Shown piece after piece: positions 26,231-39,934 of a stretch of DNA of 64,000 bases. The DNA comes from the human T2T-CHM13v2.0 reference genome, Homo sapiens, in assembly GCF_009914755.1 (NCBI RefSeq), contig NC_060928.1; one strand, written 5' to 3'. The notes below the pieces were generated by a model. That model ran no database searches, was not told the origin of the DNA, and saw only the letters and a program-made list of their open reading frames with translations. Every line of letters starts with the position of its first letter. Within the stretch, counting starts at the first letter, position 1. Both the position numbers and the translations under genes were made by a program.

Positions 26231-27193
26231 TTAGCAGCCAGTCTCTTGTGCACATGTTTTTCCAGGTAGTAATGGTAGAGAGACAGGCTGAGAAGAGCTG
26301 TGTTTATTAACCACTGAAAAAGTTAATACATTAAATGAACAGAGAAAACTATTTTCAGAACAAATAAGAACTAGATTTTGGAGTGAGCTAACTTATTTCT
26401 TATAAGGGAAACAGGAAAATACCTCCTCAGTAATAAAGAATGGCAACTTAATCGTTACCAGTGAATTTCAATGCTCCATGAGAAGCATTATTGGGAATTT
26501 AGCTAGACAAGGTTGGGAAACAAACCAGTCCAATTAATGGGACTATATAACTGTTCCTCAAAAGGGTAAGTCCTGCTCTAGGGAGGAAAACAAATACGGA
26601 ACTGAGTATAAGCATTGGCCTCAGACATCCCTGGGTTTAAACTACTAATATATGGTCCTGAGCAAACAACCAAACATTTGTTTTATAAAACCAAAAACAT
26701 CTTGTATGGTTTGCTGCAAGGAATACATGAGTTATTCTTATGAAGTATCTAGCACACAATAGTTATTAAAGAAAAGTAGGTTCCTGTCCTTGTTTCTGGA
26801 AAGGCAGGGGTGGAGAGAGTGGGAGAACAAGAAGGGAAATAGAACACTTTTCTAAATGAAGGTCTATGTGGGATTGTGGTAGGATGACAGCTTAGAAAAG
26901 TCCCTCTTTCTTACACGACCATTTTAAAGCAACACACCTCACCTAAGCCAAGGAGGCTGTGGGGCTGGCAGAAAAGACGCTTTAATGGAATAAACTCTCT
27001 TTCAAAAGGTAATGAATAAATTTGAACTTTAATATACTATTTTAAAAACTAAGAATGAGAGAATCAAAGTTTATGCCAATTGTACATACATTTAAAATGC
27101 TTATTAAAAATTCTTTAGAAATCACCATCACACTAACATTTCCTGTAAACAAAGTTATTATACTCTACTGGATAGTTCAAACAAATCTCGTAC

Positions 27194-27257
27194 CTGGGCA
27201 ATAAAGATACTGGTCATCCACTCCGTCTGAGTTTGTGAACTATCACAACACAGGTGC
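27194..27257 (-). CDS. ARAP2: ARAP2 coding exon (64 nt), end of last PH domain
   Basis: ttgcag|G...CAG|gtacga; (W)HLCCDSSQTQTEWMTSIFIAQ, includes the PH C-terminal helix Trp; phase 2-0. Confidence 0.96.
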
Positions 27258-27779
27258 CTGCAAAACGAGGTTTATAAACTATGTCATTCAAAAAGACAAT
27301 TGACTGTTCTCTAGTGTATCTGCTGAGTGATTTGGTGATCAAAAATCTCTGGGTCTCTCCTGATTAATGACGTAATGCAATCACAAAAGTGGAACATTTC
27401 AGTACAAGTTGTTTTGGTCTTCTGCTAAATGTACAATACGAAGTTATAGTGTAAATATATTGGTTTAAACAAAATACAACTGAAGCCTTTGGTAAGTGCT
27501 GCAAAATGATCACCAATATTTTTCGGAAAGGCAGAAAGATTTATTTCATTTTGCCTTTTCAAGTACCTGATGGTAAAACACTGTATTCCACTAAAATTCT
27601 GAGCCTGAGAAGAAAAATATGTGCACATCCTCATAAGAGCAGATCTTTCTTTTTAAAAGGCTGAGACATAGTCTCCATCATTGTAATTGTAAACACTAAT
27701 ACCCACAGATTCATAAAAAATGAAACTACATGAAAAACCACTGCATATCCAATAACAGTGATTAAGTAACCTTTTATTG

Positions 27780-28850
27780 AAAGACTAACTAAAACAGAGA
27801 CCTTGTCCTGAAGGCTCCTGTAGTCTATTAGGGGAGCTAAGCATATAGACAAATAAATTACAACACAGTGAGAAAAAGCAAAAATAAAACTGAGTGCAAA
27901 CATAGAAACCACAGACTTGGGGATGAGGAGAGGGTTGTTCTTTATAAGAGGAACATTTTATAATTGATATTGGAAAGATCTAATGGGCTTTTCAAAGTAA
28001 TTGTATTCTTTACATTCCTGTATTATCAAAATAATTTACCTGAAAAATGTTGAAAATGAAATTTCTAAAAAATCTGTGTTTTCTTCATCAGCACCTCATG
28101 AAAACATTGTCTTTCCCTATTACCATGTCCAGGCCACAAACCATTCCTGCCACAAATCATTTTAATTCCGTACCCTTGTTTATAAAATACTGTAGGTGCA
28201 AAGAAGAAATAATGATCAGAGGTGAGAGCTATTAGATAAGGCTTTGGGGCATTTGAGCTATGATTTCAAAGAACATTGACAGTTGAGTTGGTTGAGTCAT
28301 CAGGGGGAGAATGAAAGTATGACAGGAAGGAGAAGTGAAAAGTATGAACAAAGGTTTAGTAGAGGGACCATGTACATCACACATGCAGATCTGAAACAGC
28401 AAGGAATGCGTGGTGAATAAAGATAGATGATTGTTTTGTCATTAAGTGAAAAAGAAAAACTGTGGGAGATGAAGTTGGTGGAGTCATATATAGCCTTGCA
28501 TGCCACGCAACAATTCTGTGCTTGATCCTATAGGTGAAAGAATTCACAGAAGTTTTAAAGCAGGAGAGAAACATGGTACAGCATAGAAAATACTCCTCAG
28601 TGGAGAGGTGGAGAATGTACGACAAAACAAAAGCAAAGAAGAGGCCTGAAGAGCACTTAGGACTCCTGGAATAATCCAGGCAGATCAATGAAGGCCAGGC
28701 CCTCAGGGTAGAGAGGTGTAGGTGGAGGAGGGGCACAAGGAAGAGGCAGATCTCGTGTGGCTCAGTGACCGATTAGACACAGGGAGGTGAAGAGAAGGAA
28801 ACATCTAGTACAATCTCTAGAAATACTGATGGATACTGGTAACAGTATAT
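27780..28850 (-). mobile_element. L2 fragments
   Basis: ccttgtcctgaagg, gttttaaagcaggaga, ataatccaggcaga motifs. Confidence 0.6.
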
Positions 28851-29228
28851 GGCAAAAAGTACATATATAGAAATAGGGTTGAGAGCGGGATATATGTTTT
28901 TCTTAAATCTGATTTTAGCTAGTTCTTATTCTGTTTTAAAACTATCACCTACTTATCTCATAAAAGCTGAATTCCACACTCATAATAACTATGGAAGAAA
29001 TCAGGCGTAGTTTCACTTCAGAGGCATTGCCAAATAGGATACATGGGACTTGAACCCTGATACAAATCTGTTTTCCTCTTCTTAGGCTCAAAGTCTTTAC
29101 AAACAACCCTAATTTCACTTAGGCAAAACACTTTCCGTCTGTAGTTCTATCTGCAATTACTGAAATTATTCTTTTCCTGAAATTGTCACCAATATATTAT
29201 GTCCAAAAGTTGTCAGCTGTTAACTTAC

Positions 29229-29264
29229 CAGTGATGTTTCTCAGAATATGCGGTCAATCCCCAG
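29229..29264 (-). CDS. ARAP2: ARAP2 36-nt coding microexon
   Basis: atgcag|C...TG|gtaagt; (S)WGLTAYSEKHH(W); phase 2-2, in frame with both neighbours. Confidence 0.93.
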
Positions 29265-30345
29265 CTGCATCACATAGAAAAAAAAACACACATAAATTAA
29301 AAATAATACATTTTACAAGACAGAAAACAGGATTAGATGTTAAGGAGATGAGATTTAATGGTGGGAATGCATAGACTTCCACAAGTGGTGATTCAATGTG
29401 TTGGACTTAGCTAGAGGTGAATGCTAAATGCTAAGGGATCTGGCTACACATTTATATAGAAGGAAGGAGGCTTGTGATGATATGGGGCAGAGAGGAGATG
29501 TCTCTGAGAAGATACTCTTAACTGAATAAGGCCAAATGTCTACGAAAATGACTGAAATAAGATAATATAGAGAGATGTACGGTTACTGGGGGAAATTAAA
29601 GAACATGCCTATTAAAACACAGGTATATGCTCTAGGCTTAGAAACTGAGTATGAAGGCAAAAGTGAAGAAATTTTCAGCAGCAAAATCTCAGAAGCAAGC
29701 ACATATAAATGATGTTCATGATACTAAGTATTAGTGCAAACATTTATTAGCTAATCAAAGTAACCTGTGATAAGAAATTGTGGTGTAAATCAAATGCTGG
29801 GGTACATGAAGTGTTAAAGAGGCACGCAATCTGTAGGAGGCACCCACCTCCTCTAGCGCTTACATGCTATGATGGGTTTTCAGTACCAAAGTCAGCATAG
29901 TAAAAAGGGAAAATTACAGAGCCAGAACCAAAACATTGTAGAAGCCAAGCATCAGGAAGCTGGAGGGCAGCATTTGCTTTCCTGTGTTGTAGACTTGCCT
30001 GAGATGCCCTCAGATTGTGATGTGACAGCTCAGGGAATGAGATGCAGAGGAAGCCATGTACTTCCCAGTAGACAGAGCCTCCCGGGATTTCTTACTTTAC
30101 ACAGAGAGATTGCAATCACCAAGGAGCTTGGTCTCAGTCTCAGTGGGAACATCGTCCCTCCTTATCTACTCATACAAGTTCCTTGATCTGCCATAAGAAC
30201 CCTGTGACAGGGGAAGCAACTTAAAAAAAATAGCCTAAAACTTACTTTATAAAAAGTTAGACTAATGCCACTGATCCCTAAATCCTTAAATAGACATATT
30301 TTTCCCATAAGTTTTTCCTTTCAGCACTTCCCTTTCAAACTTTAC

Positions 30346-30428
30346 CTTGTTGGAGGCTTCATTTTCTTTTTCACTCCACGATAAAACTTCATGGAACTGA
30401 GAGAAAACATCTTGTCATGTTTACTACT
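30346..30428 (-). CDS. ARAP2: ARAP2 coding exon (83 nt), PH domain
   Basis: ttacag|AGT...AAG|gtaaag; SSKHDKMFSLSSMKFYRGVKKKMKPPT(S); phase 0-2. Confidence 0.96.
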
Positions 30429-30563
30429 CTGTAAGGTAAAAAAATAATTTGTAATTAAATGGATTTACACATTTCCTTACATTTTCTTTGAGCATTAATG
30501 ATTGGGTTTAGAATTGTTTAGTTTCTCAGTGTTTCATAAAACAAACATTTCATGAGTTTAGTA

Positions 30564-30610
30564 AATGAAGACTCTTTGGATTTACAATGAAGACTCTTAG
30601 GATTTACAAT
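30564..30610 (+). repeat. 22-bp tandem duplication
   Basis: aatgaagactctt(t/a)ggatttac x2. Confidence 0.9.
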
Positions 30611-30689
30611 ACAATCAATACATATTAATAATGTTGGATATATTCATGTTATATACTTGTACACATGTATATACAGACATGCACATGGC

Positions 30690-31490
30690 TCTATAATTCT
30701 TGATTCAAAAACACTTGAGGTCAGATGTGCATCATGTCGTGGTTAATACTGAGTGCAAACTTGATTAGATTGAAGGATGCAAGGTATTGTTCCTGGGTGT
30801 GTCTGTGAGTGTTGCCAAAGGAAATTGACATTTGAGTCAGTGGACTGGGTGGGCACCATCTAATCAGCTGCTAGTGTGGCTAGAATAAAGCAGGCAGGAG
30901 AAGATGGAAGAGCAGACTTGCTAAGTCTTCCGGCCTTCATCTTTCTCTGTGCTGGATGCTTCCTGCCCTTGAACATCAGACTCCCAAGTCCTTCAGCTTT
31001 TGTACTCTTGGACTTACACCAGCAGTTTACCAGGGGCTCTCGGCCTTCAGTCACAGATTGAAGGCTGCACTGTTGGCTTCCTTACTTTTGAGGTTTTGGA
31101 ACTCGGACTGAGCCACTACTGGCTTCCTTGCTCCTCAGCTTGCAGACGGCCTATTGTGGGACCTCACCTTGTGACTGTAGGAGTCAATATCCCTTCATAT
31201 ATACATCTATCCTATTAGTTCTGTCCCTCTAGAGGACCCTGACCAAATCACATCAGAAGTGATTTTTCATATTTTAAAAATATAATACAATGCATATGCC
31301 ATATGTTTTGTAACTCCCCATCACCAATGTTGACTGGGGTAGTACCTTGTATTCAAAGATATTCATATTTTCAAGATAAAGGCTATATATATCTTCGTGT
31401 TGTTTTGGGTCAGATTTTGCCACCAAATGAGCTGGGATTTTCTATACTGTTTGGATTTCGGAATTATGGAAAACAGACTCGTGAATATAT
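30690..31490 (-). mobile_element. MER46C-like DNA transposon split by MLT2A
   Basis: ggtcagattttgccaccaaa...tttggatttcggaattatgga; the left part abuts the LTR TSD. Confidence 0.6.
30735..31250 (+). mobile_element. MLT2A1/A2 (ERVL) solo LTR with 5-bp TSD
   Basis: ggttaatactgagtg...ctgggtgtgtctgtgag...ctgtccctctagag; TSD catca at 30730-30734 and 31251-31255. Confidence 0.92.
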
Positions 31491-31859
31491 ATGAACACAT
31501 ATTGAGGTATCTCAAAAATCCAAATTAATGAAAATTATCCTAATTAAAATAGACTATTAAAAATTTACAGTTGCCCTAGAGCAATTATATTTTCTTTACA
31601 CCTCTCGCAATACTCAGCAGTCAAATTAGAAAAGCGAGGAAAATATGCTCATAAAATTAAAAATTAGTTTCATAAAGCAAATAGGTTAGGAGGATATAAC
31701 AGAAATACAGGGGAAAAGTAACCAGGAAGATGATCAGAAATAATGCTGTGGTGACCAAAGGCCTGGAATTTACATGGTGAATTTATTCCTAATCACTATT
31801 ATCAGTAAGTTCACTATTATTATCATAGTAGATAATATGTTTTAAAAAAACCATATTTT

Positions 31860-32900
31860 GAATTTTTCCCCTTATAGCTAGATTTCTAGGAATTTAACCA
31901 CTGAGTCATAGGCTAAGAATATGATTCAGAAAAAAATCTTATCTACACGGATAGGGTACATTTACTTACCCTATCAAAAACACTAAGGTAATACAAATGT
32001 TAAGTGTGAGCGTGTATTTATGTATTTGCTAGCCATCGGCAGTTTTGATGCGGTGAACAGTTTATCCATGTCTTTATTTGTTTGTACTAGTTCTTTATGT
32101 ATTTAATATGAAATTGCCTTGTCTTTTTAAATTAAATATTCTATCCAAATTGCTCTTTGCCTTAACCTAGCTCATTGTTTACCTTATTGTTAATAAGTCA
32201 AATATACTGGTCTTTTGGGGGTTGGTTTCTTAACGTTTGCTTAAATTTAAAGTGTTCCCCCATAGCTGATAAATATTCAGTTCCATGGTCTTGCAGCTTT
32301 AAGGGTTGCTTTTTTTAGGATTTAAATCTTTTGTCAATCTGGAATACATTTTTTTATATATACAGTATAAATGATAAGTTAGACAGAAATTTTTTTGTTG
32401 ACAATTATTCTACCCCAATTTATGGAGCAAACATCCCTTTAGACATGCACTTTTTGTGACATATTAAAATTAAATTCTAACATAACATTTTTTACCTAAA
32501 TTTATGGCACTGCACCATTGCTCTTTGTTCACTTTTATACAAGGATTATAATATTTAAGTATTTTAGTTTTACTGTATATCTTAATAGTTGGATGGCAAA
32601 ATAACTCAAATCCATTTTACTTATCTCCCAAAATGTCTTCAAATTATTCTTATCTATTTATCCTTTGAGGTGAATTGTCAAATATTTTTGAAAAGTTATA
32701 AAAGTAATTTCCTTTGCAAACTTGAAAATAATTGCATTAAACCTATAAATCAATACTAGCAGATTTAACATCAATTTTACTCCTATCAGAGAAGTCTATA
32801 GTTTTCTTCTCATAAGCTTCCACTTCTTAAGGCTGTTTTCAAGTAGTTTATGCATTTTGTCTTTTAAATCCAGCTGGGGACTGATCTTTGGATATTGATT
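31860..32900 (-). mobile_element. Ancient L1ME-like remnant
   Basis: tagatttctagga...gagtcatagg, attgcattaaacctataaatcaat; very degenerate. Confidence 0.5.
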
Positions 32901-34814
32901 CTATAGCCTGCTAATTTGCTGAATTTTAAGGAAGAACATTTTAACAATTTGAACTGTCTAGTATGAGGTAGCTTTGTAAGGTAGTAAGTGCCCACAGTAG
33001 GATATATTCAAGGAGAAGAGAGCTATCAGGAATGTATGCAGTATAGGTGACTCCTAGCCACCTGTGTCAGAGGTTAAATCAAATTACAACCAAGGTTTGT
33101 GTTCCTTTTAATAATTTAGATTGCTATTCCCTCAGACACAGTCCCAACCGAGGCAGCAGGGTTGGCTGCAACTCTAGCAGTATGGGGAAGATAGGACTTG
33201 CATATTGGAGAATGAGAAGCACTATGCCTGAACCAGACAGTCTTCATTTACACAGGACATTGATGATTTCATGACTGCCTACATTTTGAAAAACTTTTGG
33301 TAATAAGTAGATTGAGAGTCTGAGGGAATTGACTGCCCAAGTCACTCCTGGCATGCAGGCTCATTACTTTATACCACAGCATGTCCAAAGAAACACAAAT
33401 GATATAATTTGAGAGGAGATCAGCAATTGTAGAAACACATTCTTTTCCATTTCAGTTTTGAAACTGAATATTCATAAAGAAGAGCTATATAGATCTTAAT
33501 GGAAAGTTCTATAAAAGGAAATGTCATTTGGCAAGATCGCTTTACTGTTGGCTTATTACAACTTTCTCTTTTGGTATGTGTAACTTACAGAGAATTTCTC
33601 CAAAAAGTTCAATATACTAGACTATTATGAAGTCTGAAATGTGTTGCTTCAGCCACTCCATTTCAAAGTGAAGTTTTTAAGTTAGCCAATTAAATGAGTG
33701 TGCTTAAACAACTATTCCTGGCACATAAAAAGAGTTTGCTTATTAAAGTATAGGCAACTTTTAATGATCCCCTTTACCCATTTGCTTTCTTCACACCATT
33801 AACAGTATAATGGTAATATTCTCTGAAACCTCTCCCCTTTTATGTAAATTAAGTCTGAAAGCAATTAACATTTTCTGTTCAGGGAAAACTTGCAGAACAA
33901 AAGATATCTTTCCCTGTGTATTACCCCAATTTGTTTTTAATGAGCATTCATAAATTATCTCTAATTAACACAAAGTCGCTTTAAATACACTTCTCAATTT
34001 GTAATTTTTCCTCCCTTTTAACTAAATCATTTAAAAAATATATACAAGCATGCATATATTAATGGCAACCACTAAAACAAATGCTAAGTCTTTACTCAAA
34101 AAGGTTAGGATATTTTACTGTTGATAATTTACTATAAAATCATTTAAAAAGTTAACATCGCCAATGGCTTCACCATCAATATTAATAGGGACAGATCAGT
34201 AACATGAAAAAACAACAAAATGAAGTCATGTGCTGAAAATAATCATAGTTTGAGTTTAAAGGAAAAGCATGAATCTCTCATCTGCTTTTCAAAATGTAAA
34301 AATTAAAGTATCAGTTGCATTAATCTATTCTGACAGATATGCAAATATAACTTTCAAATGCTTAATAATCAGACAATAATTCCACAACTTGAGGTCACTG
34401 TTATTAAAAAATGTGTTCAGTATCCTTAAAGAACACTGTTTTCAGAGAAGTTCTTGAGACTATCACTGCCTACCAGGTTATATAAGTTAGCTCAGATTGA
34501 GCAAGATGATCCTTTCAAAAAGATACAAATTCTTAAAGCAAAACTTACTCTGTTAAGGGATATGAGACCCTTCATCTCACTTACAAAAACAATGCATCTG
34601 TAAAAGTCACTGCATGAACAGCCTTCCCTGTGGCAGATATTAAAGTGTACATCAGCTTGAGAGAAAACACTATAAAAACTGAACTGTTTGCATTTCCTTA
34701 TTTAAAAATGTTTGATACTATTTAATAAAAGTAAACTTACTCTCTACACATAAAATTCTTTCAGCAAAAACACTAAGGTAATACAAATGTTAAATTTCCT
34801 TTGTAAGTTTCTGC

Positions 34815-35050
34815 ATAGAGCCTTTGGAGTCTAATGCCTGGAAATGAATTCTGACTCCATCGCTTACTGTGTATGTGATTTTGGACAAGTTATGTAATGT
34901 CTTTGAGAGTCTTTCTTCATCTGCATAGTGGGAATAATAAGAGTACCAATTTCGTGGGGTAACTGTATAGATAAAATGAGATAATCCAAATAAAATGTAC
35001 GGAACTCTGCTTCGCATAGAGTACCCACTTGAATGTTAGTTGCTGCTATT
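34815..35050 (+). mobile_element. MIR
   Basis: ctttggagtc...cttactgtgtatgtgattttggacaagtta...aaatgagataat. Confidence 0.8.
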
Positions 35051-35899
35051 ATTACTGCACTGTCATTACTACTACCACCAACTACTATATTTGTTTTTAG
35101 CAACCTTCTGTTGCTACACAATGAAAAGTGTCAGTTTCTTGACAGGATGAAAAAGTTCAGGTTGATTTCTAAACACGCCAACTGCAAAAGTGATCCTTAA
35201 CCAACATATTATGTATATGCAAGGACCGTGATTAAAGAAATCAGTCTTTTGAAAATCAAGGTGGGCGGTCCACTGCACAAAACCAAACACAATTCTATCA
35301 GATTCAGTTCTAGCTGACTAGAATAATAAGCTGTGAAGTCTAGCCTGTATTTTCACAAGCATAAACGTAAAGTTTGTGAACCTTAAAATCTGATGTGTTC
35401 CATCACATAACCCCATAATTCTACGAAATCTACTATTCCTCTATGGGTAAAATTGAAGAATGATAATAAATGATAGTAACCACTTGATACCCACACAGAC
35501 TCCCTTCTGGATATCAAGTGGGGGTTCAAATGCAGTATATAATATGAATCTGTGATAAGGGCTGCAGAATTCAGGCTGTTTTATTAGTCTCCTGCCTGGA
35601 CATTCCACTGTCCTTGAGGAAAGCAAACATTGGAATGTATACACAGAATACAATGCTACTATGATTTATTCATGCCCACATGGAGGCTCCCCTGCTGGAG
35701 GAATACACAGAGAAAGTAATTAAAGCACACGGAGTGCTGAACAGAAGCCACAGAACAAGACAGCCACAGCTTTGGAAAGCTGCCTAACAATTCTTTCTTT
35801 GTAACATATTAACAGATGTTAAAGTCTGGTCTTTCTTTGTGCATCTCCACAACAGAACACAGTGAAGCATCATTCACTTATAAGTGTGCAAGCAATGTT

Positions 35900-36950
35900 T
35901 ACCCAAGTGAATTTTATAATTCAATATTTAAAAAGTATTTTCCAGGTCCTGCTGACTTCCATTCTACATTTAAAGTAATTGCCTTGGTACTACTTGAATC
36001 TCAGAGAGTTGTTGCTGCATACCCCCATGTGACCACCATCCAAAACAGGAGAAAGAACATTTCTATCTAGAAAGTACCCCACTGACCCTTTTCCTTGGCA
36101 ATTCTGCAGCAAACTCTGTCCCCAACCTAAGCAAACACTTTCTGACTTCTATCACCATAGAATGGTTCTGCCTGTTCTTAGACTTCTTATGCACAGACTT
36201 ATATGATACTATTTTGTGTCAAGTTTCTTTGGTTTCAAAGGTTTTAAAAACTCACCAATGCTGTGGCTTGTTTTAATATTCATTTTTGTTGCTGAGTAGT
36301 ATTCCATTATATGAATAGAATATTTTCCTATTGGTGGACATTTGGAATGCTTCCAGTTATCAGCTTTTATGAATAAATCTGCTTATGAACATTCTTGTAC
36401 AAGTGAGTACAAGTAGTTGTACTGCTTGAGTAGAGCCACTGGATCATGGGGTAGATTATGTTAGTAACTTCATTTAAAAACTGACAAACAGTTTTACAGA
36501 GTGATTGTGTGATTTTACCCTTCCACCAACAATTTATGTGGGAGTTCTAATTACTCTACATCATTTTTTAACATTGGGTGTTATCACTGTTAAGATTTTA
36601 GTCATACCAATGAGTGTAAAATAGTGTCTTGTGGTTCTAGTTTTAATTTCCCGATTATTAATGATATTGAACACTTTTGAATCAATGGGTTATTGGACAT
36701 TTCTACATCTTCCTTCATGTAATGTGTGTTCTATCCTTGCCATAATTTTTATTGAACTGCTTTTCTTATTGTTGATTTAGAAGAGCTCTTTATACTCCTG
36801 ATATAAGTCTTTTTCTGATATATGTTAATTAACACATTTTCTCAATCTGGGACTATTAGTACACCTATTAATACATTTTTCTCAATCTGGGACTTGCCTA
36901 TTCATATTCTTAGTGGTATCTTTGGATGAGCATGCTATTATTATTACATT
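35900..36950 (-). mobile_element. L1MB/MC 3' end
   Basis: gctgagtagtattccatt, ggtggacatttgga, gaacattcttgtacaagt; includes a local duplication of cattttctcaatctgggact at about 36828-36894. Confidence 0.8.
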
Positions 36951-36984
36951 ATATTTATAAAAAGAATTTTTACATATATTATTA

Positions 36985-37890
36985 GACCACTAGCTTGACT
37001 AATAAAGAAGAGAGAATATTTGATAAACACAATCAGAAACAATAAGGGGGATATTACTACTGACCCCATAGAAATATAAACAAGTATCAAAGAATATTAT
37101 GAATACCTCTATGCATATAAACTAGAAAAACTAGAAGAAATGGGTATATTCCTGGACACATACAGCCTCCCAGACTAAACCAGGAAGAAACTGAATCCCC
37201 GAACAGACCAATAACCAGTTCTGAAATTGAAGCAGTAATAAAAAGCCTACCAACCACAAAAATCCCAGGAATCGGAGGGATTCACAGCTGAATTCTACCA
37301 CATGTACAAATAAGATCTGGTACCATTCCTACTGAAACTATTCCAAAAAATTGAGGAGGGACTCCTTCCTAACTCATTCTATGAAGTCAGCATCATCCTG
37401 ATACCAAAACCTGACAGAGATACAACAAAAAAGAAAACCTCAGTCCAATATCCTTGATGAAACATCAGTGCAAAAATCCTCAACAAAATAGTGGCAAATT
37501 GAATTCACCAGCACACCAAAAGGCTTATCCACCACGATCATGGAACAGTATGCATCCATAAAAAAGAATGAGATCATGTCCTTTGCAAGAACATGGATAG
37601 AACTGGAGGCCATTATCGTTGGCAAACTAGCATGGAATAGAAAAACAAATAACGCATGTTCTTACTTACAAGTGGGAGCTAAATGATGAGAACACACGGA
37701 CACATAGAGGGGAACAACACCCACTGGGGCCTTTTGGTTGGTGGAGCGTAGAGGATTAGAAAAAACAACTAATAAGCACTAGGCTTAATACCTAAGTGAT
37801 GAAATAATGTGTAAAACCAATCCCCATGACTCAAGTTTACCTATCTAACAAATTTTCACTTGCACTCCTGAACTTAAAAACCAAAAAAAA
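36985..37890 (+). mobile_element. Older L1PA: ORF2 segment joined to 3' end
   Basis: ORF2 motifs (aaactagaaaa.ctagaagaaatgg, ctcattctatga) to about 37540, then directly the ORF2-end/3'UTR and A tail. Confidence 0.9.
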
Positions 37891-38858
37891 ATTTCAACAA
37901 ATTAAAGAAAAATGCTGTTAACCTGTCGCAGTCTTATAAAAACCAAATCCCTGGAGGTGGGGCCTGTGCACATTTGTTTTACTTTTTTTATCCTAATGCT
38001 TTTTAAAAATTGCAGTGTATATATAATACACATATAAAAAGTACACAAATCATACATATTAGCTCCGTGAATTTTAATAAAGTGAACATACTGGTGTAAC
38101 CTGCACCCAGAGAATATAAAAAAAATCATATATTATTTTTTAAGCATTAAAACAACCTGACATGCAGAACTCATACTATCTTAAATTACAGATTTGGATA
38201 CTGAGGTTGAGAGGTTAAGTTACTTATTCATGTAACCAGCTCTTCACAGAGATGAGATTTTCTGATGTTAAGTTCAATATTTTTATAGCTACATCATTTA
38301 TCTACTCCCTCTTTTATATCTCTAATTCTCTTATCCACTCCACAATTATTTAATAAGATCTTTTAGGGAAATAAATTAGACGGAATATATCAATAAGATT
38401 ACATTAATACATATGAAATTAAAAATAAGTCAATTCATTCAACCATATAGGAAAGATACTAATAAGATTTATTTTAACTTTTGGGTTTGGTCATTTTATT
38501 GCACCTTTTATTAATTTCCAGTAGCTAATCTGAAGCCTTTTATTTTAGGGTATCACACATTCTCTATTAATTTTATTGACTGAGATGTTGATTTATAATA
38601 CATATTAGACTTTTCTTCAGGGCTTAAGTCATTTACTGCCCCTCAAAATCTGAGGTGCCTAAAAAGGCCTTATAAAATTATTCACTGTGTTACTGAGTGC
38701 ATTAATATCTTATACCATAGGCTGAAGCAAATCATCAGCTTACCATGCATTTTATATACTACAGGCAGTGACTTCCAAGAGAGATGGCTGACAGTAGCAT
38801 AAAATACAAATGTTAATACCCACACAAATAAAAATGTACGCATGTTCAAATACTATAC

Positions 38859-38998
38859 CTTCACATCCTTGTAAAGAAAGAGAAACCCATCTCGTAAAAC
38901 AAAATACCGGTCTTGAAACTTATTTCCAGATAGTATTTTGGATGGTTCTTCTTTGATTTTCAAGATTCCTTCTTTGATGCTTCCCAGTGTACTCCGGT
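38859..38998 (-). CDS. ARAP2: ARAP2 coding exon (140 nt), start of last PH domain
   Basis: ttacag|AC...AAG|gtatag; (D)RSTLGSIKEGILKIKEEPSKILSGNKFQDRYFVLRDGFLFLYKDVK; phase 1-0. Confidence 0.97.
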
Positions 38999-39179
38999 CT
39001 GTAAAGTACAGCATTACTTTTGTGAGTTGGGTACGTTTTTACTTATTTGAAATACAATACAAAACATTTCTATATTGTCATATAGAAAAAATAAGAACTT
39101 GTTTACTACCGCTAAAGTCTAAGGTGAACTTCCGGGAATACCATGTGTCTGAAGTATAGCTATTTATCATGTATGGGCC

Positions 39180-39790
<611 letters not shown>

Positions 39791-39934
39791 TATAAACAAT
39801 GCAAATGCGCAGATAAAAAAGGAAACACCTTTAAGAATTCTGACTCAAATCCACAAATTTTTAAGGCATTAAAGAAATTTTTATAAATGTGAAACAGGCA
39901 AGGGTAAGAAAGGCAAAACTGCTAAGGTAGAACA

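Noticed and set aside
34540-34745. Several GTAAGT donor-like motifs on the minus strand
   Set aside because: No convincing acceptor or frame; expected by chance in long introns.
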